Shown here piece after piece: positions 18,018-30,000 of a stretch of DNA of 64,000 nt. Each line of letters opens with the position of its first letter. Within the stretch, counting starts at the first letter, position 1. The notes under the pieces were generated by a model that made no database searches, was not told the origin of the DNA, and saw only the letters and a list, made by a program, of their open reading frames with translations. A program made the position numbers and the translations under genes. Source of the DNA: Bryobacterales bacterium (GTDB lineage Bacteria > Acidobacteriota > Terriglobia > Bryobacterales > UBA6623); the NCBI GenBank assembly GCA_963422375.2, contig OY729428.2, forward strand, positions 2,400,001 through 2,464,000, written 5' to 3'.

Positions 18018-21000
18018 TCTCTCAGCATTTCCGCGCGGCCCTTGCCGTAAGTCTCGCCCCACCACTTGACCGCCCGCGCGAGACCGCGCCTCTCGTCGGG
18101 CTGCAGCGTGGCCAGGAAGCGCCGCCGGTCCGTGACGCCCAGCATGCCCAGGGGGTGCGCCCGCTTGAGCATGTCCGCGTACTCCTCGCGCTGGACCCGC
18201 AGCTCCTTCAGGCGCTCGAACCAGAACCGGGCCGCGTCGCGATCCTTGTAGCGCACGGCCAGGCGGTGATAGTAGTACGCCGCCGCCCGGTCGGACTGGA
18301 AGCCGCCGGCGTAGGCCTGGCCCTTCTCCTCCTTCAGCCAGCGGTAGGCCAGCGAGCGGACGCGCGCGTAGGAGCTCTCGCCGAGGTCCCGCATGTCCGC
18401 GGCCAGCGACGCCGCCGTGTTCCCGAAGCCTCGCGTGGGCCGGCCCAGCGTCAGGTCGTAGACGTGTTCCAGGCGGAACGCCTGGGCCAGGTGCCGCCCC
18501 TTGTCCCGGATCACTCGCGGGGACAGCGGCGCGGGGAACAGGCTCCTGCCCGCGGCGAGCTCCAGCGGCAGCTTGACCACGGGCACGACGCCGTTGATCA
18601 GGCGCTCGACCGGGGCCTTCGAGATCGCGGCCAGCACGTCTCCGAAACTGCCCCGGCCCTTGTCCACGTGGTCGAGCGCGACCCGTACGTCGTCGAGCCC
18701 GAACACGTTCAAGAAGTCCGACAGCGCTCCCGGCGTGCGCGCCATGACGACCTGGCCGTCCGCCGTCTTGCCGACGATCAGGTGCAGGCGGCGCTGGTCC
18801 TCCTCGCGCAGCTCCTCCTCCTCGTCGTCCCAGAAGAGCCGGTTGAAGATCTGGACGCCGGCCCAGAAGAGGAAGGCGCGGCTGCCCGCCCAGAGCGCCG
18901 CCCGCGTCCCCACGCTGACGCCCAGGTTGCGCATGCGCTCCTTCGCCCCGTAGCCCCTGCCGGCCTTGTAGGCGTTGCCGAACAGGCGCCAGTAGCGCTT
19001 GAAGTTGATCTCCTGCCACGACCAGAAGGGAACCAGCATCGAGCGCAGCTGCTGCCCGTAGACGCTGATCGCGCCGTAGTCGCCGACCGTCTCCCGGGCG
19101 ATGTAGGCCGCCCGGTCCCGGTCGTCGCCGATATGCTCGGCTACGGCCGGGTTGCCCGCGCCGTAGCCGACCGTCGGCATCAGCGCCTTGCTGTCCGTGC
19201 CGGCCGCCCGCTGCTCCGCGATGGAGTCGCGCACGGCCAGGTACACCGCGTAGCGCAGGATGTTCTCCCGCGCGGCGGTGGCCTTCGGCAGGTAGCTCCA
19301 GGCCTTCTTCACGCCGTTCCACGCGCCTCGGGAGAGCTCCCGGTCCACTTCGTTGCGCACGTCGTAGACCTCGGCCATCGACCAGCCCGCGTCGAACAGC
19401 CCGCGCTCGGCGGCCTCCCGGTAGTCCGCGCTCGGCGTCTTGCCCAGCACGGTCACGTCCCAGCTCTCGCGGGCGGCCCGCCGCGCCAGCTCGCGGCTGC
19501 GGCCTCTCCACAGCGCGGCCGGCCCGGGGAAGCCCGCGATCACGCCGTCCAGGTCCCCCGACACGTTGTTCATGTTGTATTTGAGGACCGAGAACGGATT
19601 GGTGAGCACCCAGCGCTTCCACCAGCGGACGATCGCCCGCGCCCATTCGAAGACCCAGGCGCCCTCGGACTTGTCGCCGAACGAATCCAGCGTGGCCGCC
19701 AGCTCGGCGGGCAGGGCCAGCTGGCGGCGCGGCCCGCCCAGCATCAGGCCCTCCCGGATGTTGTCCGTCAGCAGCTGGATCTCGGCCGCGCCGACCTGCG
19801 GGCCCTGCGCCCCGGGCGCCCGCAGCGCCTCCCCCAGGCGCTCCCGCAGGCGCTCGGCGATATGCTGCGGCACAGTGAGGGCGGTAAACAGCACGCGCCC
19901 CGGATCGGGCTGCCAGGCCGTCATCCGCTCGAATCCCGGAACCTCGTTCCGGCGCAGCCGCTCGAGCGCCTGCTGCAGGTCCCGCGGGTTCGCGTAGGCT
20001 TCGCCCAGGACGTCCCGCACCCGCGAGCGCTTGTCGCCGAGCGCCTTGAAGAGCCCCGCCGCCTCCCGCCCGACCTCGCCGGCGTTGTGCGCCAGCCACG
20101 CCGCCGCCTCCCACAGGCGCGGGTGATCGGCCTGCGGGGCGTCCTCCCGGCCGGTCGTCTCGTTCGTCACTTTGCGCGCCGCGACCGCGAGCGCGTCCAC
20201 GGCCTCGTCCAGCCCGCGGGGCAGCTTGGAAATCCACGGATCGCTCCGCTCGTACGCCGCCTCGATCGCCCGGGCGAGGAAGCCGAACTGCTTCGCGACG
20301 GCCGTGTTGGCCGCGTACAGGCCGCCGAACACGCGCAGCTCCGAGGCCTCGGAGCGCCGCTCGGCCCGCTCCCGCCTGTCCTCGATGCCCCGCAGGTACG
20401 CCATCGCGTCGTCGTAGCCGCTCGCGGCGAACGGCATCCTCTCCCGCCATTCCTCCGCGATCATCCCGTCGAGCAGACGCCGGTTCAGATCGTCGGCGCC
20501 CTTGCGCACCTCGCCGGAATAGTCGTACCTGCCGGCGATCTTCTCGATGGTGTCGGCCATCTTGATATCGACCAGGGCCTTCGCCAGCCAGTGGGCCTCG
20601 GCTTCGAGCAAGTCGGTGTTGATGAGCAGCTTGGTGCCCATGCGCCTGGCCCACCGGGGCCGCGCCACCTTCTTCGCCACGGGGTGCGACGCCGCCCGGG
20701 CGTATTCCAGCACCTGGTGGGTGACGTAGTTCTGCCGGGCCAGCGATTCGGGCGAGATGAGCCCCGCCGCGACCAGCTTCTGCGCGACCGAGCGGACGTA
20801 GGCCCGCCGCCTGCGAATCCGCAGCTGCAGGTCGGGCCGCTTCGCGAGCTCGGCGCGCACGCGCCGGCGCTCGGCGCGGAAGCTCTCCTCGCTGTCGAAG
20901 ATCGGCACGGCCCGGCCCCGCAGCACGTCCTCGGCCAGGTCCTCCATGAAGACGCCCCGCGCCAGCAGGTCCGCCTCGCTCCCGTCCAGCCCGCCCGCCA

Positions 21001-24000
21001 GCTTGCGCAGGTGCCGCGACAAGTCGGTCGCGGCCAGCGACGGAGCCGCTTCCAGCGCCCGCAGCCACTCGTGCGCGTCCGCGTAGCCCGCCGAGCGCGG
21101 CAGGTCGCGGTACGTGCGCACGAACATCTGCGCCTGCTCCTTGAGCCCGTCGCGGATGCGCTCGGCCAGCCCGGGACGGTCGCCCCGCACGCCCTTGCGG
21201 CCCTCCTGCCAGGCCCGCTCCTCCGCCTCGTCCTCGAAGCGGAACGCCTCGCCGGCCGCGCGAGACTCGCGGACGCCCCCGCCGGAGCGCTCGCCGGAGC
21301 CGAACTCGCGCCGCCCGACCTCGCCCGTCTCGATATCCACGTACACGTCCTCGGGCTTCACCCCGGCCGCGCCCAGCGCCTGGCCCAGCCGCCGCAGGAA
21401 GCGCCGCAGGCGGATGAACAGGCGCCTCGCGGCGGCGGCGAACCCGGGCTTGGAATAGTCGGCGGCCCATTCCGCGTAGGCCTCGGCCACCGCTTCCTCG
21501 TAGGCGCTCTCGGTCCAGCCGCCGCTGTCGTCCAGCAGCTCCGGATAGCGCCCGGCGATGTCGTAGCGGGCCAGCCAGCGCCCGTCCTCGCCCGCCGCGA
21601 CCAGCGCGCCCCATTCCTCCTCCGCGAACAGGCCGCTGTGCCGCAGCGCGTGGACGGCCTCGTGCCGCAGGGCCCGCAGCGCGTCCGGGCCGCCCAGCGC
21701 CACGCGCACGACCCCCGCCCAGCCCGGCGAGACCCCCTCCGGGTCGAACTGCCCTTGCGGCGGGCCGAAGAATCCCGGCTGGTCCAGCGCCTCGCCCAGG
21801 CTGATCGTCCCGCCCGATGCCAGCGTCTCGCGGGCGTCCAGGTCCGCCCGGGGCACCAGCCTCCGGAGCGTGTCCCGCAGCGCCTCGCGAACGGGCTCGG
21901 CCTTGGCCGGGGCGACGGTCCGGCGGTAGGGCCGCATGTCCCGCGGGCGGTCGGAGAGCGCAGCCTCCGGCGCGTCCCCCTCCTCCCGTCGCGCGTCCCG
22001 CCCGAGCTTCTCCTCGATCTGCCGCAACTCGTCCCTCAGCGCCTCCAGGCGCTCGTTCCCGGGAAATTCGCCTTCGATCCTGCTCTCCATGTCGTCGGCG
22101 GACCGGCGCAGACTCGACGCCTCGCTCTCCGACCGCTCGATGCCGCGCGCGACCCGCTTGATGTCGGCGGAGATCATGGCGGCGGGCGTGCTGCCGCGGC
22201 CGTGCTCGTACTTCTCCACGCCGATCTCAAGCACGAACGCGGTCTCGGCGTCCTTCCAGCGCCGCTCCTGCCCGAAGCCGGTTTCGCGCCCCTTGACGAG
22301 GCTCAGGTAGACGGTGCCGACCTCCTGTTCGTTGCCGTTCAGCATCGACGCCAGGGTCATGCCGTCCCTGTACCGGCCGGTCCTGGCGTTCTCCTCCTCC
22401 GCCTGCCTGTCCAGCTTCTCGGGGATGCCGCCGACGGCCTCCTTCCACGCCTTGGCCGACTTGCCCAGCTCGTAGGTCGCGCGGCCCTCGCCCGGCTCGC
22501 CGGTCCCGTGCGCCCGCTTGCGCCAGCTGACGTGCGTGACGGACTCCAGCACCGCGGCCTGCAGGCGCAGGTCCCCCGCCCGGGCGTCCGTCCGTTCGGC
22601 GCGCTCCCGCCGCGAGTCGGCCTCGATGCCGGCCTCGCGGCGCTCGTTGTCGTGGGCCTCCTTCAGGACCGACATGCGGGCTGCCTGCGCCTGCAGCTCC
22701 GCCCTCCGGATGTAGTCCGGGTTGTCGGCGAGCGCGGCCTGCATCTCGGACAGGCCCGACTCGCTGGCGAAATCGACCGCGCTCGATCCCACGTCCTCGA
22801 TCTCGCGATCCTGCACGAACCCCGCAGCCAGCCGCTGCAGGACGTGGCCCTTGTTCAGGACCTTCTCCCACATCAGGTTGTCCACGGTGCCCTTGACCCC
22901 GTAGTAGTAGATGCGCAGGTCCCAGCCGTACTCCCCGCTGAGGTTGCCCTGGCGCAGGCCGCGCCCGTTGCGCTGCTCCAGGTCGGCCGCGGTCCACGTC
23001 GGGTCCAGATGGTGCAGCGCGGCGATCCGTTCCTGGATGTTGGTGCCCCGGCCGCCCCGCGTGGAGGACGCCAGCACCACCCGCACCTCGCCCTCCCGGG
23101 CCTTCCGCTGCAGCTCCTCGCTGCGCAGCATGCCCGACCTCGTGCCCTCGTCCAGCTCCAGGAACGAGCCGATCTCACGCTCGGGGATCCCGCGCAGGGA
23201 CAGCTTGCGCGCGACCTCCCGCGCGAAGTGGAACTCGAACGCCGCGTGCTCCCTCTGCGGCGCGTGGCGGTCCATGAAGATCACCTGCACGCCCTTCCAG
23301 TCCGCCGTCCGCCGGTAGATGTCCTCCAGCTCGTCGGCCATCCGGTCGACTTTCGTCTGCCCCGTGTCCCCGTCGGGATGGTCCTCGCGCAGGCTGTCGG
23401 GCCATGTCAGGGGGTTGATCCAGCGCATGTCCGCGACGGCCTTGCGCCCCTTGTCGATCACCTGCAGGGGCGTCAGGGGCAGCTCGGCCGACTCGTGGCG
23501 CAGCTGCTTCATCAGCCACGCCAGGTACTCGTCCAGGTACCGGTTGCGCTCGATGGTGACCACCTGCGGCTTGCCCTTCCACAGCTTCGGGCGCTCCAGG
23601 CCGATCCCTTCCGCCGTCACCGAGTCGTTGTTCTGGGCGTAGTTGGCCACGAGCTCGGGGACGTTCGTGAACTTCTTGAACCGCCTGCGCTCCTTGACGT
23701 TCCGCCCGGTCGCGTCGTACTCCGTCACCGCCTCGACCCGGGCGAACGTCGCCGCCCAGGCGTCGAAATGCGAGATGCCCAGATGGCGCAGCATTTCCGG
23801 CTGCACGTAGCGCGCCAGGGTGAACATCTCCGCGATGCTGTTGCTCAGCGGCGTGCCCGAGGCCAGCACCGCCCGCCCGCCGGTCTGGCGCAGCTGCTCC
23901 AGCTTGTTGTAGAGCTCCAGCGACCGGGCGGCGCCTTCCGGCTGGATGCCGGCGATGCCGTCCAGCCGGGTGTCGAATTCCAGGTTCTTGTACAGGTCGG

Positions 24001-27000
24001 CCTCGTCGACCAGTAGCATGTCGATGCCGGTCTCCTCGAAGGGCATCGCGTCGTCCGGGAGCGTCGCCTCCCGCCCCAGCTCGAGCAGCCTGCTCTCCAG
24101 CCTGCGCGCCTCCTCCCGCAGCTGCCGGCCGACCGCGGGGCCCGACCCTTCCGGCAGCGTGGCGATCTCGGTCTGCACCTGGCCGAGCTCGCGACGGACG
24201 GTGGCGATCCTGGCGTTCGGGCCGGTGCGGACGTACTCGAGATGCTCGTGCGAGAGGATGACCGCGTCCCAGTCGAACTCGGCTATGCGGGCCACGGCCG
24301 TCTTCCGCCGCGCCATGCGCGCCTCGGCCTTGGCCGCGGAATCGCGCAGTCTCTCCAGGCGCGAGCTGTCTTGCGCGGACAGCTCGCCTCCCGCCCCGAT
24401 CCGCGCTTCCAGCCCCTCGATCTGCTCGACCCAGCCGGCGAGCCGGACGTAGTCCACCGGCTGGGGGACGTTCAGGACCAGCGCGCGGGCGGCCGGGAAC
24501 CATTGGCGGAATTCCCGGGCGAAGTCCCCCACCTTCTTCTTGGGCACCGCCAGCGCCGGCTTGCGCGCCAGGCCCATCTGCTTGGCCCGCACGGCCGCGC
24601 CGACCAGGATGAGCGTCTTGCCGGTCCCGACGGCGTGCGACAGGTACGCGAAGCGCTGCTGCAGCACGCGCCAGATCGCGTCCGCCTGGTGCTTGCGGGG
24701 CCGGTACCGCTCCCGCCGCGGCAGGCTAATCAGCGGGAAGTTCAGGAAGCCGCCGTCGAAGGTCCGCCGCACGTGGGCGTTGAACGCGTCGTTGTAGGCG
24801 CGTTCCAGCTCGCGGGCGGACGCGTCGCCCGCGGCGACCAGCCGCTCGAACTCCTCCTGGATGCGCTCCTTGATCTCCTCCGCCCGGGCCATCGACGCCT
24901 CGTCGATCACCGGCTTGCCGCTCTCCCCCTCCCTCCTGATCTTGCTCGTCGACTGGTTGAGCATGTCGTTGAAGATGTCTTGGAAGGTGAGCGTGCCCGC
25001 CCCGTAGGTGCGGGCGGCCAGCGCGGTGCCCTTCAGCGCGTGCTCCGAGGCGGGCGCGGCCCCGTAGGCGCGCCAGGAGTTCACCTTCGGCACGTGATCG
25101 ATGCGGAAGTGGCGCGCCTCGAAGCGATTCGACGCGCCGGAAGACCGGTTCGCGAAGTCCGCCAGGAACTCCCGGATCAGCCCGTGCGGGATCCACGGGC
25201 TGCCCAGGCGGTACGCGATCTTGTCGATGGCGATGTCCGCGGGCACCTTCTTCCGCAGCGCCTCGACGTTCCGCCGGTAGGCCGCGCTGGCCTCGGCCGC
25301 CGCCTCGGCCGCCGCCAGCTTCTCGCGCACGTTGCCCGACAGGTACTCGTCCGCCGTCACCCAGTCGTTCGTCGAGGGATCCCGGTACGCGCGGCCCCCC
25401 AAAGCGAGCGCCGTCTGGTCGCGCGACATGCCCGTCAGCCCGCTCATGTACCCGAGATCGACCCGGCCGTGGATGTTCAGGCTCCACCCCAGCGCGTCCT
25501 CCGGGCCGTCCGCCGTGCGCGGCTCGGCCGGCGGCTCCACCATGTCGCGGAAGAAGATATCCGTCTTGACCCACTCTTTCTCTTCCGTGTCCCACTTCTC
25601 CAGATCGAACACCAGGCGGTACTCGGGGTCGGCTTCGAACGGCGCCCTCCCGCCGGTGCCGAAGAAGACGCTCGCCCGGACGGCCTGCTGGATCGGCCCG
25701 TAGCCTCGGAAGCGGGCGCTCTTCTTCACGCGCCAGCCCTCGCGGAAGGTGTCGTAGAGCCTGTTGAGCAGCTTGCGCGCCTGCTCGATCCGGTCGCGGC
25801 CGGCCCCCCGCTGCCCCTGCAGGTACAGCAGCTTGCGCGCGGCGTCCCGCAGGGCGATCAGCCGCAGCAGGACGAATTTCTCCCGCTCCTTCGCCTTGGC
25901 GGTCAGATGCGAGGCGAACTCGACCTCGCGCAGCTTGCCGCCGACCTTCTGGTGCGGCACCCCGCCCTTGTCGACGTAGGCGTACTCGGGCACGTCGTCG
26001 GGAGTGGTGGCGAACCACTTGCGCCCGCGCCCCTCGCCTTCCGCGGCGCTCGCGGTCTCGTACCCTCCGTCCGGCAGCCGCGTCAGCGCGTCGTTCATCC
26101 GCCCCTGCAGGCCCGGGTCGGTCCCGGGCGCTCCGTCCGGCGAGGGGCCCGGCAGGGCCGCGGGCGCGAGATCGTCGCCCGTGCCGTCGGGGACCAGGGC
26201 CCGGCCGCCCAGCCACAGGGCGGCGGAGTTGCCCGCGCCGCCGACCCAGATCTCGTTGAGCCGCGTCTCCAGCCGCTCGTCGCCGAACCTGTCGCGATAC
26301 TCCTCCGCCACCGCCCAGCGGTCGGGGGCCCGCGCGGCGCCGTTCATCCATCTCCCCCAGCCGGCGTCCGCCTCCCCGGGCACCTTGCGGCGCAGGACCA
26401 GCACGTCGGCGGCCGGGGTGCCGCCCGCGTGGCGGTCCAGGAACGTGTACGGGAGGCGGATCGCCGCCACCAGGTCCGCGTGCTCGGACAGGATGCTCCG
26501 CGGCGATCCCCGGGCGTCCTGCCGCTCCATGTACCCGCTCTCGACCAGCGCGACGGCGACGCCGCCCGGGCGCAGCAGCTGGACCGTCTTCCAGAGCATG
26601 TAGGCCGAGAGCCGGGCGCCGTGGCGCCGGTTGTACTTCGGGTCCTTCGGCGCCTCGCCCGCCGCCGGCAGGTGCCCGATGGCCAGGTCGAACCAGCCGG
26701 CGGGCAGGGCGGCCTTCTCCAGCCCCTGCGGGTAGACCGCCGCCTGGCGGTACAGGCGCTTGGCGATCGCGGCCGCCACCGGGTCCGGCTCGACCAGGAA
26801 CAGTCCGTCCCGCACGCCGGCCAGCAGGCTGTCCGGAACCAGGCCCGCCAGGTGGCCGACGCCGGCCCCCGGCACGAGCACGCGCCCTCCGCGGAAGCCC
26901 GCCGCCTGCGCCACGTTCCACAGGAACGCTCCGGTCGTCCGGTCGATCTGCGCGGAGCCGCCCGCCAGCCGCTTCATCCGCTCGACGTCCTCGGCGCCGA

Positions 27001-30000
27001 CCAGCTCGAGCAGCCGCGAGCGGGCCGAGACGAGCCACTCGTAGCGGCGGGCCGCGCGGTCGCCGAAGACCCCGCGCAGGGGGAACCAGCCCGCGTACGC
27101 CGCCAGGTCGCGCTGCTCCCGGAGGGACGGAGCGCGCCTCTCCTCCCTCAGCCGGAAGAGGATCTCGAGCGCCCGGACGTTGCCTCGCGCCGCCGCCCGG
27201 AGCCCGTCCGCGACCCCCGGGGGGTGCCAGTCGCCGGGCTCGGAGCCGATGCGGTAGAGCGCCAGGCCGGCTTGCCCCCGAGCCAGGCCGGCCCGGGCTC
27301 CGGTTCCCCGCTCGCCGGTCTCCATTCCTCCGCCAGGGGCCGCGCCTCCGCCGGAATCCCGGTCCCTTCCTCCGTCGCCGTCCGGATCGCCGCCTGCGGC
27401 GCTCCCGCCGCCTTCAGGCGCCTCGCCGTCTCCGGCCGGGTCGCCCTTAGGCTCGCCCAGGCCGGTTTCCTTCCATCGGCCGTCCGGGCCGTCGCCGTCT
27501 TCCGCGCCTTGCTCACCCGTCGCTCCCTCCCCGCTCTCGTTCTCCAGCGGAGCGAACCCGCCCCTGTTGTCGAATATCGTCGGCTCGAGCCCGGATTCCC
27601 GCACCGTCTCCGGCAGCAGCGGAGCGGCGTACCCGACGAATTCGGCGTTGCCGCCGTCGCGCCAGTGCCAGCCGTAGTCCTGCGGGACGCTGCGGGCGCG
27701 CCGCCCGGCCCGGCCCGTCCGGTACCAGTAGCGCCCGTCCTCGGACGGGAGGTTCATGCCGGCTTCCCAGCTCTCGGGATCGATACCCATCGCGTCCCGG
27801 GCCCGCGCCAGCTCCCGCCCGCGCGCGTAGGGGGGCGCTTCCCAGCCCCGGCCGAGCGGGTACTGGCCGTGCCGGTCGAGCTCGAACGAGCCCTCCGGGA
27901 TGCGGAGCCTCCGGAAGAACTCCTGCCAGTTCGCGAAGAACGCCTCCCGCTCCGCTCGCCTCGGATACACGGTGGGCACGCCCTCCGGAGGCTCGATCGC
28001 GTAGTCGTCCACCAGGTACAGGGACTTGCGCCCGGCGAGCAGGTCGTGCACCATCGCCTCGAACGACCGCGCCCACAGCTCCTCGTCGTTGGCCCAGTAG
28101 CTCGCGTTCCCGGTCGCCTGCGACGCCTCGAGGTAATCGGTGGCGTAAGCGCGCCGCTCGGCGGAGCCCCCGTAGAGGCTCTCCGCCGCGAGCAGTTTGG
28201 AGAGCTCCGGCAGGACCACGGCGCGGGAATGCTCGTAGATCTGCGCCGAGCTCCGCTCCCGCGCCTCGGCTTCCCGCTCCTTCGCTTCGGCGTAGGCGTT
28301 CAGCCGGTCCAGAATCCGGTTGAACGCCTTGCGGTAGGAGGGCCGGTCCCTGAACGTCTCGCTCATCAACCGGTGCAGCGCGTCGCTGTCCGGGCGGTTC
28401 AGGTTGTTGCGCAGGAAGTGGTCCAGCGCGTGGCCCCACTCGTGGGCCAGCGTGCCGTCGCCGGCGACTTTCGTCACGTTGATGTGAAAGTCCTTCGGCT
28501 CGAAGAACGCCGCGGACGGCAGCGCGCCGCCGCGGCCGGTATGCGCGATGGATATCTTGAGCTGGCCCTTGAGGCCGATCTCGACCGGATCGAGGCCGAG
28601 CAGGTGGGCCAGGTCCATGAACCCGTCGTAGATCCAGTTGGCTCGGTCCTGCACCTCCCGGTCGCTCATGTAGCTCTCGCTGCCGGCCGTCACGCCCTTG
28701 AAGCCGAACTTCGACTTGAGCTCCTCCAAGCTCGCGTCGCGGCCGCCCTCGCGCCATTCCGGCATGCCCGCCCGGTCGGGCGGGTGATCCCGGTCGAACT
28801 TGTACGTGGGCCGGACGCTGCCCGGGTTCCCGACCGGGATCGTGTCCTCGATGCGCACGGACAGGGCCTCGACCATGCCGACGATGTTCGTGCGCTGGAT
28901 CTCGTACACCCCCCTCGCGCCGGTCGGCTCAGCGGTAGCCGTGCCCCCCCGGGCGATGTTGTCCACGAACCACTCGCCCAGCTCCGTCAGCTCGACGTTC
29001 TGCCGGACCCACGACTTCCGGAACAGGTCCCTCATGCGGAAATGGCCGGGCAGCTTGACGTACACGGCGGCCCGCAAGCTGTCGCGGGCCTGCTTCACCG
29101 TGTCGGCCCCCTTGACCGCTTCGGCTAGCGCGCCGTAAGCCGCGCTGTATTCCGCGGCCCACCCGTGGAGGTCCTCGAACGAGAACCGGCCCTCCCGGAC
29201 GAGTTCGTCGATGATCCTCTTGGAGCTCCGCCCGCGCGCGCGGAACAGGTTCTTGCGCTCCTCCAGCCATTTCAGGAAGGTCGGCTGGGCTTCGTAGACG
29301 AGATGCAGGTAGTGGTTCCGGCCCTCCGTGCCGCCGGGATTGCCGAAGTCCAGCAGCTTGGCCTTCTGCGTCATCCGGAGCAGCTTTTCCAGGTCCTCGC
29401 CGATCTCCGCCGCCTGCGCGCGCGCCTTTTTCCGGCTGTCCCGCCAGTAATCGATGACTTCCTCGCCCGCGGAGCGCTTGACCCGCGCGTACCGCTTGGC
29501 GGCCCTGGCGACGGCGGCGGTCGAGTCCATCGCCTTGTCGATGCCGCGCGAGATGACCTGGGGCGCCCTGCGCAGCGACTCGTAGGTCTTCTGCAGGTAG
29601 GGCCGGATGTTGTCCCCGGCGATCCGGATCATTCGGTCGGCGAAGTCCTGGAACTTGCGGGCGCCCAGGCTGAACACGTGCCGCCCGAGCTGCACGGCCT
29701 TGCCCAGTAGCTTCGGGTCCAGCGCCGGGGCCGCCAGCGCCAGCTCGATGCCCTCAGCCGTCCCGCCCAGGTACCAGGAAGCGAACGCTCCGGTGCCCAG
29801 GGCGGCCGCGCCCGCGGTCGATATCCCGGGGAGCCCGGAGAACATCCCGGCGAGTTCCTCTAGCTCCTTGTCCGTCTTGTCCCATTCGCCTATTTGTCCC
29901 TTTCCTTCATCCTGATCCTCCTCCTGATCCTCCTGTTGGTCCTCCTGCTGCCGCTGCTCCTGCGTCGAGGCGGCCTCGCCGGCAGCCTGCCCGGAGGACC

